Origin: Eledone cirrhosa
Taxonomy: Eukaryota
Length of the DNA: 64,000 nt
NCBI GenBank assembly: GCA_964016885.1
Contig: OZ024743.1
Span: 35,774,001 to 35,838,000 of the forward strand
Direction of reading: 5' to 3'
Below the pieces are notes generated by a model. That model did no database searches. It was not told the DNA's origin and saw nothing but the letters and a program-made list of their open reading frames with translations. Of this stretch, positions 37,119-50,100 are shown piece after piece (position 1 is the first letter of the stretch; every line of letters starts with the position of its first letter). The position numbers and the translations under genes are program-made.

Positions 37119-37333
37119 CAGTTTATCAGGCGTCTGATATAATGCCTTGCAAATACTGTTCCGGTTGTTTGCGCTCTGAGATGAAATCATAACCAGGTCA
37201 ACTTCGCCTTTCTTCCTTCCTGGTCCAATAAAATAATATACCACTTTAGTACTGAGAAAGATTATGATCGTAAGCTCAACCCCTCAAACCATTAGACCGT
37301 GTACAGGAGCACAGGTACAGTTACATAGCCACT

Positions 37334-37499
37334 CAGTGCCGGATTTAGGACAAACGAGGCTTTGTGCTAGTTAAGTTATGAGACCCCTTACTTTGGCATT
37401 GATGGAGGTAAACATTTTTTGGGGTAAATAGATGCCCCCGCCTGGCCAACGGGGAGACGTGCTTAAGCACACCTAAGCACAATGGTTAATCCGGCATTG
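37334..37499. mobile_element. hAT-type MITE
   Basis: TIR CAGTGCCGGATT / AATCCGGCATTG; 8-bp TSD TAGCCACT/CAGCCACT. Confidence 0.78.
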
Positions 37500-37904
37500 C
37501 AGCCACTCATTTATTCTTTAACGACTTTACTAAGTTCAGTCAGTGCAACCACGCGGGGGATCGGAACTAAGACGATTTAAGTCGATCATAGCGAGTCCAG
37601 TATCTATTTCAGTCTTTTACTTATTTTACCGACGGCTAGGTTACAATTTTTAACACAAAACGTATTTATAATCGACACCTTCAGTTTATCAAATTCGCAC
37701 GGTAACAAAGTATTGGTCAACCGCAATGGGAATGAATTTGGAAGCACGTAGTTGAGATTCGAGTTACTTAACCGCACGCCCAAGTCATAAAAAAGTACCG
37801 ATATACTATAGGTAATAGCTAACTAACTAACTAACTAACTAACTAAATATGTAAATAAAACTAAGATCTCACATGTACACTCAAATTTGAGTTTCGGTCG
37901 CTCT

Positions 37905-38172
37905 CCGACAGGTTCGCGGTCGTACCCTTGGCAGTGGAAACCTCTGGTGTCTTTGGTCCTAGGGCTACCTCCCCATTCACCACCATAGACGCTGAGCTGG
38001 CCAGCCGCAGGTGTGAGCCTCGTGAGTTGGAATGGCTCTTCCAGCGCATCTTCCTTACAATCCTCCGGGGAAACGCCTTCTCCATCCTGTCCGCCGGGGC
38101 TGTGGGGAGGCCAGCACGTGGGACCCCATTTGCTCACCATACGGATTAATAGGTAAAGTTATAAACTATTGA
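37905..38172 (+). mobile_element. 3' fragment of a CRE-like RLE non-LTR retrotransposon (second copy)
   Basis: FAVVPLAVETSG..FQRIFLTILRGNA; closely similar to 1472-1727. Confidence 0.75.
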
Positions 38173-38424
38173 CTAAACTATAGGTGAACCATCACGAAAA
38201 TATAACGTGATATTCGTAGAAAGAAAATATTTGTTTTCATCTTTGTTCTCTATCTTTTTTTTTTAAATTCGATAAAACGATTTTACTTTATCCAGAAAAG
38301 TAACGACTAACAGTCAATAAATAGACTACAGTCTTGTCCCTGTTTAATATCAAACAGCAATTCCAAGAAATAAATACAAAAGTATTACAGACGACATTGT
38401 TTACGAATAACAATAATTGTTATC

Positions 38425-38578
38425 GGCCACAGTGCGTTACTGGTACTTTATTTTATCGACCCTGTAAGGATGAAAGGCAAAGTTGATCTCGGCAGGATTT
38501 GAGCTCAGAACGTAATGGGCCGTAACTCTACGCCACCACGTAGGGTGTTCGACACTCTACCGATACTACCAATCTACA
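38425..38578 (-). mobile_element. diverged Meta-domain SINE
   Basis: Core and B box match. Confidence 0.8.
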
Positions 38579-39100
38579 ATAACTTCTGTAACTGTTGTAA
38601 AAATATCATTACAAATCCTTACAGAATGAAAATAGAAACATATATAAAACAATGCAATTAATTATTGCTGGGAACCTCACAAATACTATACACAAGAATA
38701 TATCAGATATAATACACAAAAAGAGGAAGCAAAAACAAAAACGAAAACGACCATCAATTCACCATCAAATGCGACAATCAGCCGCACATAAGGATCAACG
38801 GAACACTACCACGGGTGATGGCGAGGCTAAGGCACCCTCACGGGCATTACCTGACACCCCAGTAAGGCGAGCAGCCAGCTATGACAACAACTTCGCTGTC
38901 AGTGACCCTACGTCTTGAACGCCACAGGCTGCAAAAATAATAATTAGATAAATCCAGGTTCCATCTATCTAGGTAATTTACTAGGTGGTTATACATACAT
39001 TAAAACACCCGTTCATACATATATATACACACATACACACATACATATATACATACATACATATATACATACATAGATATATGCATACATACATATATAT

Positions 39101-39708
39101 ATGGTGGCTGCCAACTCGTTTTCGAGTACGGCCACTACTTTATATCCATGTAGGAGAACCCCTACCGATGCGCTGAACGAGTGTGACTTTTTAGTCCAGC
39201 CAGCGACTTGAAAACTCTGGTACAAACACTACACTTGTGACAATTATTGACACATAGTGCTGGGCCCATGGCACCATGTGACGACAAGTGCAGAGAGATC
39301 TCCAAATATAAAGCAATGCCTGTGCCGTGAAGCTTTTATAGTGAGCAAAGGCACTGCACAAAGCCAGTCCCACTCTCTTAACCAAGATGATATTTACCAA
39401 AAAGAAGAACAAGTCAACATCATTGGATACCATCAGGGTTGCAGGTGTTATATCAGAGTTTTCCTTCTCCTAGAATTCTGCCTTGACAAAGGCTAAGGGG
39501 TCATCTCTCCCGGTGATTTTGGATGGCCATTGACTCTTAAGAGCTCCTTTGCCCTTTGACAGGTTTTTTTTTAGTCCTGCAGGATGTCCAAAGTCACCCT
39601 CCTCGCCAAGAAAACTTGGTGGGGTTGCCAGTTTAGTCGCCAACGACCCGACCATGAGACAGGTTATACTGGGATACATGTTACCAGTAGCACCAACTGG
39701 TGACCTGA
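39101..39708 (-). mobile_element. non-autonomous RTE derivative, dispersed copy
   Basis: Same ends as 28738-29346; CSVCTRVFKSLAGLKSHTRSAH encoded at about 39168-39233. Confidence 0.8.
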
Positions 39709-39713
39709 CATAT

Positions 39714-39744
<31 letters not shown>

Positions 39745-39925
39745 CATACATAGATATATGCATACATACATACATATATATATACATACATACATAGATA
39801 CATGCATACATACAGACAGACAGACAGTCAGACAGACACATACACACCGACAAAAACACACACATACACATGTTTCATTAATTATCCTAATGATTTCATA
39901 CGAATGAAATAATCCTGACGATGCC

Positions 39926-40045
<120 letters not shown>

Positions 40046-40103
40046 TCAAATATTCATATATATAGATACACACATATGCATATATATATATAATAAATAA
40101 ATA

Positions 40104-40356
40104 AATAAATAAATTATACAATTATCAAAGTAGTGTTCAAATCATTTAATACCTGACAATCGTTTCTTCCAAACTCTCGTTTGGAGTCATCGGAGCATTA
40201 TCAATGTTTGCACATATAATTAACCCCCTATTCAACTGAACAACTATTGTTCAGTTGAATATTGCTCCGATGATTCCAAACGACAGTTTGGAAGAAACGA
40301 TTGTCAGCTATTAAATGATTTGAACACAATTTTGATAATTGTATAATTTATTTATT
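40104..40356. repeat. fold-back repeat with a hammerhead in each arm and an internal hairpin (40230-40260)
   Basis: 40104-40197 is the imperfect reverse complement of 40263-40356. Confidence 0.88.
40258..40312 (+). ncRNA. type I hammerhead variant with CCGAUGA core
   Basis: GCT/AGC stem I, CCGATGA, stem II TTCCAAAC/GTTTGGAA, GAAAC-GATT-GTC. Confidence 0.7.
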
Positions 40357-40482
40357 TTCCTGTTCTGTAAAACAACTGTTGTTCATACATTGAGCTATTT
40401 CTCTTACTGGTAATAAGGTAATTAAGAAATTACTGACCTTCCTGTTTATAGTTGTTTATACTATATACATAACTATAAATAG

Positions 40483-40574
<92 letters not shown>

Positions 40575-40694
40575 AGAAATGTAAGCTATCGCCGTATTTT
40601 TGACTAAAGAAATTAAAGAAATTATTTAGCCTGATAGCGGGGTTAAGAACCCTCGGAGAAATGGAAAAAGATGAGTATTGACGTTTCGAAAATA

Positions 40695-40755
<61 letters not shown>

Positions 40756-40896
40756 TTAGAAGTTTACATACACATAAAATAGACAGAGCCATAGATATAT
40801 ATATATGCGTTCAAATGATTTTTTGTATGGTTGATTATGCTGATTGGGAGAAGAAATACTGTATATATTTTATCTAATGATTCCATGGACTTACTT

Positions 40897-40953
<57 letters not shown>

Positions 40954-41329
40954 TTGATAAATGATAACGAGCGAGAAACAGATTGTCGATCACTCTTCTT
41001 TGCTTTTACCGAGAATAAGTAAGTGACGTAGTCACTACTTTAAAACTCATAGCGAATGGTCTTCAAAGTGTTTTTAATTAAACATACAGTATATTGCCAA
41101 ATATAGTATACATACATTCATGTATACATCGCTATTTCAGAGCACCAATACTAAACCTATATATATATATATTATATATATGTTCATATGTGTGTATGTG
41201 TTATGTGTGTGTGTGCGTGTTTTAGAAATGTTACCACAGTTACACAGTAACCAACCAACTGCTAACCATCCTATGATGCATCCTGATCTTAGTGTCTATC
41301 GTCTGCCGTCAGTCAATTGGAAGGAGGTG

Positions 41330-42123
41330 TAGCAGCAGCAGCAGCAGCAGTAGTAGCAGCAGTAGCAGCAGTAGTAGTAGCAGTAAGTCACTAAGGAAAT
41401 AGAGAGAAAGAGATAAAGGAAGGTTTTGATGTGAAAGTGAGCAGGGAGGGAGAAGATGGTGTGGGCGTTAGAATCTCAAAATGCGTTAGGGACAGGAATT
41501 GAGAGATAAAAAGACTGAGAGACGGTGAGAGGAAACAGGAAGCAAATGTGAGAGAGAGAGAGAGAGGGAGGGAGAGAAAGGGAGAGGGAGAGAGTGAGAG
41601 AGGGTGTTTGAGGGAGCGTGAGAGGGTGTGAACAAAGTCAGAATTATTTATGGATAGGCACACACATACACAGACATACACACAGACATAAACACACACA
41701 ACCACACATACACACACACGCATATACACACACACATACACACACACGCATATACACACACACATACACACACAGACATACACACACACACACGCATACA
41801 CACACATACACACACACGCATATACACACACATACACACGCACACACACACGCAATACACATACACACACAGACATACACACACACACACACACATACAC
41901 ACACACACACATATACACACACATACACACGCACACACACGCAATACACACACACACACAGACACACACACACACGCACACACACACACACACACGCGCA
42001 CACACACATATATATATATATAGATATATATAGAGAGACTTTATGTACTTAAGAGTGATGCAGTTTCAGAGAGAGAGGGGGGATAGAGAGAGAGGGGGGA
42101 TAGAGAGAGAGAGGGGGAGATAG

Positions 42124-42154
<31 letters not shown>

Positions 42155-42315
42155 AAGGGAGAAAGAGAATGAGTAGAAAAGAGAGATATTGAAACAGAGA
42201 AGGAAAGGGAGAGAGAAAGAGACTGACAGAGAGAAGGGAAAGGAGTATGAGGGGGAAAGACGGAATGAAAGAGAAGGTCGAGTAATACAACAGAGGGAGA
42301 GAGACAGCCCTGAAG

Positions 42316-42387
<72 letters not shown>

Positions 42388-42559
42388 AAGGAAAAGAGAG
42401 AGAGAGAAAGCGAGAGAGAGAGAGAGAGAGAGTCATACAATACTCCAGGGGTATTTGTCTATTATATAAAGAGAGAGAAAGGAAAAGTGAGAAAGGAAAA
42501 GTGAGAGAAAGACAGAGAGATAAAGAGACAGAGAGAGAGAGTCAGAGAGAGAGAGAGAG

Positions 42560-42590
<31 letters not shown>

Positions 42591-42900
42591 GAGAGAGAGC
42601 GATAAAGAGAGAGAGAAAGCGAGAGAGAGAGAAAGAAAGGAAAAGAGAGAGAAAGACAGAGAGAGAGAGAGACAGAAAAAGAGAGAGAGGAAAAGAGAGA
42701 ACGAGAGAAAGAGAGAGAAAGGATGAGAGAGAGAGAGAGAGAAAGCGAGAGAGAGAGAGCGAAAGGAGGAGACAGAGAGTGAGAGAGAGAGGGAGGGAGA
42801 GAGATATAGAGAGAAAGAGAGAGAGAAAAAGAGAAAGAGAGAGAGAGAAAGAGAAAGAGAGAACGAGAAAGAGAGGGGGAGAGTATGAGAAGCAGAGCAA
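41330..42900. repeat. degenerate (CAG/TAG)n, (CA)n, (GA)n and (GATA)n low-complexity block
   Basis: Directly visible. Confidence 0.9.
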
Positions 42901-43214
42901 AAGAAATGTAGTAATAGTGGTAGGAGGGGGTTAAATGTCTTAATAGTGAATCGGAACACGTGAAGAAAAGGGTGGTGTGGTGATGGTGGTGGTGGGAGGT
43001 GTGTAAATTACAGAGACCGGCATTGAAGTACAAGTAGGAGTATACTGTAACAAGGTGGTGAGAGGATAAGGCAGATGCAGCAAGCTGATTGGTCAGTCAG
43101 TGTATTGTGTGATTGCCATCTATTGGACGGCGGCAGAACTAACGGCTTTTGATAGTTTTATGTCATGTATTGACGATGGCGGCGTTATTATTGGCGTTAT
43201 GGTAGAATATAGTA

Positions 43215-43945
43215 GGAGTGGTGGTGTTGGTGGAGTAGGTGGTTGTTGTTGTGGTGGTGTTGGTGGTGATGGTTGTAGTGATGTTGGTGGTGGTTATTGT
43301 AGTAGTAGTGTTAGTGGTGTTGGTGGTGGTGGTGGTTGTAGTGGTGTTGGTGGTGGTTATTGTAGTAGTGGTGTTAGTGGTGTTGGTGGTGGTTATTGTA
43401 GTAGTGGTGTTGGTAGTGGTGGTTGTAGTAGTGGTGTTGGTGGTGGTTGTTGTGGTGCTGTTAGTGGTGGTGGTTGTAGTGGTAGTGTTGGTGGTGGTTG
43501 TTGTGGTGGTGTTGGTGGTGGTGGTTGTAGTGGTGGTGGTGGTGGTGGTTGTAGTGGTGTTGGTGGTGGTTGTAGTGGTAGTGTTGGTGGTGGTGGTTGT
43601 TGTGGTGGTGGTGGTTGTAGTGGTAGTGTTGGTGGTGGGTGTTGTGGTGGTGTTGGTGGTGGGTGTTGGTGGTGGTGTTGGTGGTGGTGGTTGTAGTGGT
43701 GTTGGTGGTGGTTGTAGTGGTAGTGTTGGTGGTGGTGGTTGTTGTGGTGTTGGTGGTGGTGGTTGTAGTAGTAGTGTTGGTGATGGTTGTTGTGGTGGTG
43801 TTGGTGGTGGTTGTTGTTGTAGTAGTGTTGGTAGTGGTGGTTGTGGTGGTGTTGCTGGTGGTGGTGGTAGTTATTGTAGCAGTAGTGTTGGTGGTGGTGT
43901 TAGTTATTGTAGCAGTAGTGTTGGTGGTGTTGGTGGTTATTGCTG
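43215..43945. repeat. degenerate (GGT/TGT/AGT)n trinucleotide tract
   Basis: Directly visible; grades into the minisatellite. Confidence 0.9.
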
Positions 43946-44134
43946 ACGGTGCAACTGTTAGTGTTGGTAGATATATTTCTGCTGTGTTAGTGTTATTGTG
44001 GTTTTGATAGTAATAGTGGTTGTAGTGTTGGTAGAAGCGTTATTATGGTGATGGTGGTGGTTAGGACGATGCTTTCAATAGTGACGGTTATAGTAGTGTT
44101 GTTTTAGCAGTACTTCTAACTGAGTAGTGAGGGT

Positions 44135-47100
44135 GATCTTAGAGGTGGTAGTGTTGGTGGTAGTGTTGGTGTTGTTAGAGGTGGTAGTGGTGATGGTAGT
44201 GTTGGTGTTGTTAGAGGTGGTAGTGGTGATGGTAGTGTTGGTGTTGTTAGAGGTGGTAGTGGTGATGGTAGTGTTGGTGTTGACAGAGGTGGTAGTGGTG
44301 ATGGTAGTGTTGGTGTTGTTAGAGGTGGTATTGGTGATGGTAGTGTTGGTGTTGTTAGAGGTGGTATTGTTGATGGTAGTGTTGGTGTTGTTAGAGGTGG
44401 TAGTGGTTATGGTAGTGTTGGTGTTGACAGAGGTGGTAGTGGTGATGGTAGTGTTGGTGTTGTTAGAGGTGGTATTGGTGATGGTAGTGTTGGTGTTGTT
44501 AGAGGTGGTAGTGGTGATGGTAGTGTTGGTGTTGTTAGTGGTGGTAGTGGTTATGGTAGTGTTGGTGTTGTTAGAGGTGGTAGTGGTGATGGTAGTGGTG
44601 TAATTAGAGGTGGTAGTGGTGATGGTAGTGGTGTTGTTAGAGGTGGTAGTGGTGATGGTAGTGTTGGTGTTGTTAGAGGTGGTATTGGTGATGGTAGTGG
44701 TGTTGTTAGAGGTGGTAGTGGTGATGGTAGTGGTGTTGTTAGACGTGGTAGTGGTGATGGTAGTGGTGTTGTTAGAAGTGGTAGTAGTGATGGTAGTGGT
44801 GTTGTTAGAGGTGGTATTGGTGATGGTAGTGTTGGTGTTGTTAGAGGTGGTAGTGGTGATGGTAGTGGTGTTGTTAGTGGTGGTAGTGGTGATGGTAGTG
44901 TTGGCGATGTTAGAGGTGGTAGTGGTGATGGTAGTGTTGGTGTTGTTAGAGGTGGTAGTGGTGATGGTAGTGGTGTTGTTAGTGGTGGTAGTGGTGATGG
45001 TAGTGTTGGCGATGTTAGAGGTGGTAGTGGTGATGGTAGTGTTGTTGTTGTTAGTGGTGGTAGTTGTGATGGTAGTTGTGTTGTTAGAGGTGGTAGTGGT
45101 GATGGTAGTGTTGGTGTTGTTAGAGGTGGTAGTGGTGATGGTAGTGGTGTTGATAGAGGTGGTAGTGGTGATGGTAGTGTTGGTGTTGTTAGAGGTGGTA
45201 TTGGTGATGGTAGTGTTGGTGTTGTTAGAGGTGGTAGTGGTGATGGTAGTGTTGGTGTTGTTCGTGGAGGTAGTGGTTATGGTAGTGTTGGTGTTGAAAG
45301 AGGTGGTAGTGGTGATGGTAGTGTTGGTGATAATAGAGGGGGTAGTGGTGATGGTAGTGTTGGTGTTGACAGAGGTGGTAGTGGTGATGGTAGTGTTGGT
45401 GTTGATAGAGGGGGTAGTGGTGATGGTAGTGTTGGTGATGATAGAGGGGTAGTGGTGATGGTAGTGTTGGTGTTGATAGAGGTGGTAGTGGTGATGGTAG
45501 TGTTGGTGTTGATAGAGGGGGTAGTGGTGATGGTAGTGTTGGTGATGATAGAGGGGGTAGTGGTGATGGTAGTGTTGGTGTTGATAGAGGGGGTAGTGGT
45601 GATGGTAGTGTTGGTGTTGATAGAGGGGGTAGTGGTGATGGTAGTGTTGGTGTTGATAGAGGTGGTAGTGGTGATGGTAGTGGTGTTGATAGAGGTGGTA
45701 GTAGTGATGGTAGTGTTGGTGTTGATAGAGGTGGTAGTGGTGATGGTAGTGTTGGTGTTGATAGAGGGGGTAGTGGTGATGGTAGTGTTGGTGTTGATAG
45801 AGGGGGTAGTGGTGATGGTAGTGTTGGTGTTGATAGAGGTGGTAGTGGTGATGGTAGTGGTGTTGATAGAGGTGGTAGTAGTGATGGTAGTGTTGGTGTT
45901 GATAGAGGTGGTAGTGGTGATGGTAGTGTTGGTGTCGATAGAGGGGGTAGTGGTGATGGTAGTGTTGGTGTTGATAGAGGTGGTAGTGGTGATGGTAGTG
46001 TTGGTGTTGTTAGAGGTGGTAGTGGTGATGGTAGTGGTGTAATTAGAGGTGGTAGTGGTGATGTTAGTGGTGTTGTTAGAGGTGGTAGTGGTGATGGTAG
46101 TGTTGGTGTTGTTAGAGGTGGTATTGGTGATGGTAGTGGTGTTGTTAGAGGTGGTAGTGGTGATGGTAGTGGTGTTGTTAGACGTGGTAGTGGTGATGGT
46201 AGTGGTGTTGTTAGAAGTGGTAGTAGTGATGGTAGTGGTGTTGTTAGAGGTGGTATTGGTGATGGTAGTGGTGTTGTTAGAGGTGTTAGTGGTGATGGTA
46301 GTGTTGGTGTTGTTAGAGGTGGTAGTGGTGATGGTAGTGGTGTTGTTAGTGGTGGTAGTGGTGATGGTAGTGTTGGCGATGTTAGAGGTGGTAGTGGTGA
46401 TGGTAGTGTTGTTGTTGTTAGTGGTGGTAGTTGTGATGGTAGTTGTGTTGTTAGAGGTGGTAGTGGTGATGGTAGTGTTGGTGTTGTTAGAGGTGGTAGT
46501 GGTGATGGTAGTGGTGTTGTTAGAGGTGGTAGTGGTGATGGTAGTGCTGGTGTTGTTAGAGGAGGTAGTGGTGATGGTAGTGGTGTTGATAGAGGTGGTA
46601 GTGGTGATGGTAGTGTTGGTGTTGTTAGAGGTGGTATTGGTGATGGTAGTGTTGGTGTTGTTAGAGGTGGTAGTGGTGATGGTAGTGTTGGTGTTGTTCG
46701 TGGAGGTAGTGGTTATGGTAGTGTTGGTGTTGAAAGAGGTGGTAGTGGTGATGGTAGTGTTGGTGATGATAGAGGGGGTAGTGGTGATGGTAGTGTTGGT
46801 GTTGACAGAGGTGGTAGTGGTGATGGTAGTGTTGGTGTTGATAGAGGGGGTAGTGGTGATGGTAGTGTTGGTGTTGATAGAGGTGGTAGTGGTGATGGTA
46901 GTGTTGGTGTTGTTAGAGGTGGTATTGGTGATGGTAGTGTTGGTGTTGATAGAGGTCGTAGTGGTGATGGTAGTGTTGGTGTTGTTAGAGGTGGTAGTGG
47001 TGATGGTAGTGTTGGTGTTGATAGAGGTGGTAGTGGTGATGGTAGTGGTGTTGTTAGAGGTGGTAGTGGTGATGGTAGTGTTGGTGTTGATAGAGGTGGT

Positions 47101-50100
47101 AGTGGTGATGGTAGTGGTGTTGATAGAGGTGGTAGTGGTGATGGTAGTGTTGGTGTTGATAGAGGTGGTAGTGGTATAGGTAGTGTTGGTGTTGTTAGAG
47201 GTGGTAGTGTGATGGTAGTGGTGTTGATAGAGGTGGTATTGGTGATGGTAGTGTTGGTGTTGTTAGAGGTGGTAGTGGTGATGGTAGTGGTGTTGATAGA
47301 GGTGGTAGTGGTGATGGTAGTGTTGGTGTTGTTAGAGGTGGTAGTGATGATGGTAGTGTTGGTGTTGTTAGAGGTGGTAGTGGTGATGGTAGTCTTGGTG
47401 TTGTTAGAGGTGGTAGTGGTGATGGTAGTGTTGGTGTTGTTAGTGGTGGTAGTGGTTATGGTAGTGTTGGTGTTGTTAGAGGTGGTAGTGGTGATGGTAG
47501 TGGTGTAATTAGAGGTGGTAGTGGTGATGGTAGTGGTGTTGTTAGAGGTGGTAGTGGTGATGGTAGTGTTGGTGTTGTTAGAGGTGGTATTGGTGATGGT
47601 AGTGGTGTTGTTAGAGGTGGTAGTGGTGATGGTAGTGGTGTTGTTAGACGTGGTAGTGGTGATGGTAGTGGTGTTGTTAGAAGTGGTAGTAGTGATGGTA
47701 GTGGTGTTGTTAGAGGTGGTATTGGTGATGGTAGTGTTGGTGTTGTTAGAGGTGGTAGTGGTGATGGTAGTGGTGTTGTTAGTGGTGGTAGTGGTGATGG
47801 TAGTGTTGGCGATGTTAGAGGTGGTAGTGGTGATGGTAGTGTTGGTGTTGTTAGAGGTGGTAGTGGTGATGGTAGTGGTGTTGTTAGTGGTGGTAGTGGT
47901 GATGGTAGTGTTGGCGATGTTAGAGGTGGTAGTGGTGATGGTAGTGTTGTTGTTGTTAGTGGTGGTAGTTGTGATGGTAGTTGTGTTGTTAGAGGTGGTA
48001 GTGGTGATGGTAGTGTTGGTGTTGTTAGAGGTGGTAGTGGTGATGGTAGTGGTGTTGATAGAGGTGGTAGTGGTGATGGTAGTGTTGGTGTTGTTAGAGG
48101 TGGTATTGGTGATGGTAGTGTTGGTGTTGTTAGAGGTGGTAGTGGTGATGGTAGTGTTGGTGTTGTTCGTGGAGGTAGTGGTTATGGTAGTGTTGGTGTT
48201 GAAAGAGGTGGTAGTGGTGATGGTAGTGTTGGTGATGATAGAGGGGGTAGTGGTGATGGTAGTGTTGGTGTTGACAGAGGTGGTAGTGGTGATGGTAGTG
48301 TTGGTGTTGATAGAGGGGGTAGTGGTGATGGTAGTGTTGGTGATGATAGAGGGGTAGTGGTGATGGTAGTGTTGGTGTTGATAGAGGTGGTAGTGGTGAT
48401 GGTAGTGTTGGTGTTGATAGAGGAGGTAGTGGTGATGGTAGTGTTGGTGTTGATAGAGGGGGTAGTGGTGATGGTAGTGTTGGTGTTGATAGAGGTGGTA
48501 GTGGTGATGGTAGTGTTGGTGTTGATAGAGGTGGTAGTGGTGATGGTAGTGTTGGTGTTGATAGAGGGGGTAGTGGTGATGGTAGTGTTGGTGTTGATAG
48601 AGGGGGTAGTGGTGATGGTAGTGTTGGTGTTGATAGAGGTGGTAGTGGTGATGGTAGTGGTGTTGATAGAGGTGGTAGTAGTGATGGTAGTGTTGGTGTT
48701 GATAGAGGTGGTAGTGGTGATGGTAGTGTTGGTGTCGATAGAGGGGGTAGTGGTGATGGTAGTGTTGGTGTTGATAGAGGTGGTAGTGGTGATGGTAGTG
48801 TTGGTGTTGTTAGAGGTGGTAGTGGTGATGGTAGTGGTGTAATTAGAGGTGGTAGTGGTGATGTTAGTGGTGTTGTTAGAGGTGGTAGTGGTGATGGTAG
48901 TGTTGGTGTTGTTAGAGGTGGTATTGGTGATGGTAGTGGTGTTGTTAGAGGTGGTAGTGGTGATGGTAGTGGTGTTGTTAGACGTGGTAGTGGTGATGGT
49001 AGTGGTGTTGTTAGAAGTGGTAGTAGTGATGGTAGTGGTGTTGTTAGAGGTGGTATTGGTGATGGTAGTGGTGTTGTTAGAGGTGTTAGTGGTGATGGTA
49101 GTGTTGGTGTTGTTAGAGGTGGTAGTGGTGATGGTAGTGGTGTTGTTAGTGGTGGTAGTGGTGATGGTAGTGTTGGCGATGTTAGAGGTGGTAGTGGTGA
49201 TGGTAGTGTTGTTGTTGTTAGTGGTGGTAGTTGTGATGGTAGTTGTGTTGTTAGAGGTGGTAGTGGTGATGGTAGTGTTGGTGTTGTTAGAGGTGGTAGT
49301 GGTGATGGTAGTGGTGTTGTTAGAGGTGGTAGTGGTGATGGTAGTGCTGGTGTTGTTAGAGGAGGTAGTGGTGATGGTAGTGGTGTTGATAGAGGTGGTA
49401 GTGGTGATGGTAGTGTTGGTGTTGTTAGAGGTGGTATTGGTGATGGTAGTGTTGGTGTTGTTAGAGGTGGTAGTGGTGATGGTAGTGTTGGTGTTGTTCG
49501 TGGAGGTAGTGGTTATGGTAGTGTTGGTGTTGAAAGAGGTGGTAGTGGTGATGGTAGTGTTGGTGATGATAGAGGGGGTAGTGGTGATGGTAGTGTTGGT
49601 GTTGACAGAGGTGGTAGTGGTGATGGTAGTGTTGGTGTTGATAGAGGGGGTAGTGGTGATGGTAGTGTTGGTGTTGATAGAGGTGGTAGTGGTATAGGTA
49701 GTGTTGGTGTTGTTAGAGGTGGTAGTGTGATGGTAGTGGTGTTGATAGAGGTGGTATTGGTGATGGTAGTGTTGGTGTTGTTAGAGGTGGTAGTGGTGAT
49801 GGTAGTGGTGTTGATAGAGGTGGTAGTGGTGATGGTAGTGTTGGTGTTGTTAGAGGTGGTAGTGATGATGGTAGTGTTGGTGTTGTTAGAGGTGGTAGTG
49901 GTGATGGTAGTGTTGGTGATGTTAGAGGTGGTAGTGGTGATGGTAGTGGTGTTGATAGAGGTGGTAGTGGTGATGGTAGTGTTGGTGTTGTTAGAGGTGG
50001 TAGTGGTGATGGTAGTGTTGGTGTTGTTAGAGGTGGTAGTGGTGATGGTAGTGGTGTTGATAGAGGTGGTAGTGGTGATGGTAGTGTTGGTGTTGATAGA

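Noticed and set aside
43100-43946. Gly/Cys-rich loricrin- or keratin-associated-like protein
   Set aside because: Codons are almost all NGT/GTT from a trinucleotide tract; the frame shifts near 43640-43680; no ATG-led signal peptide
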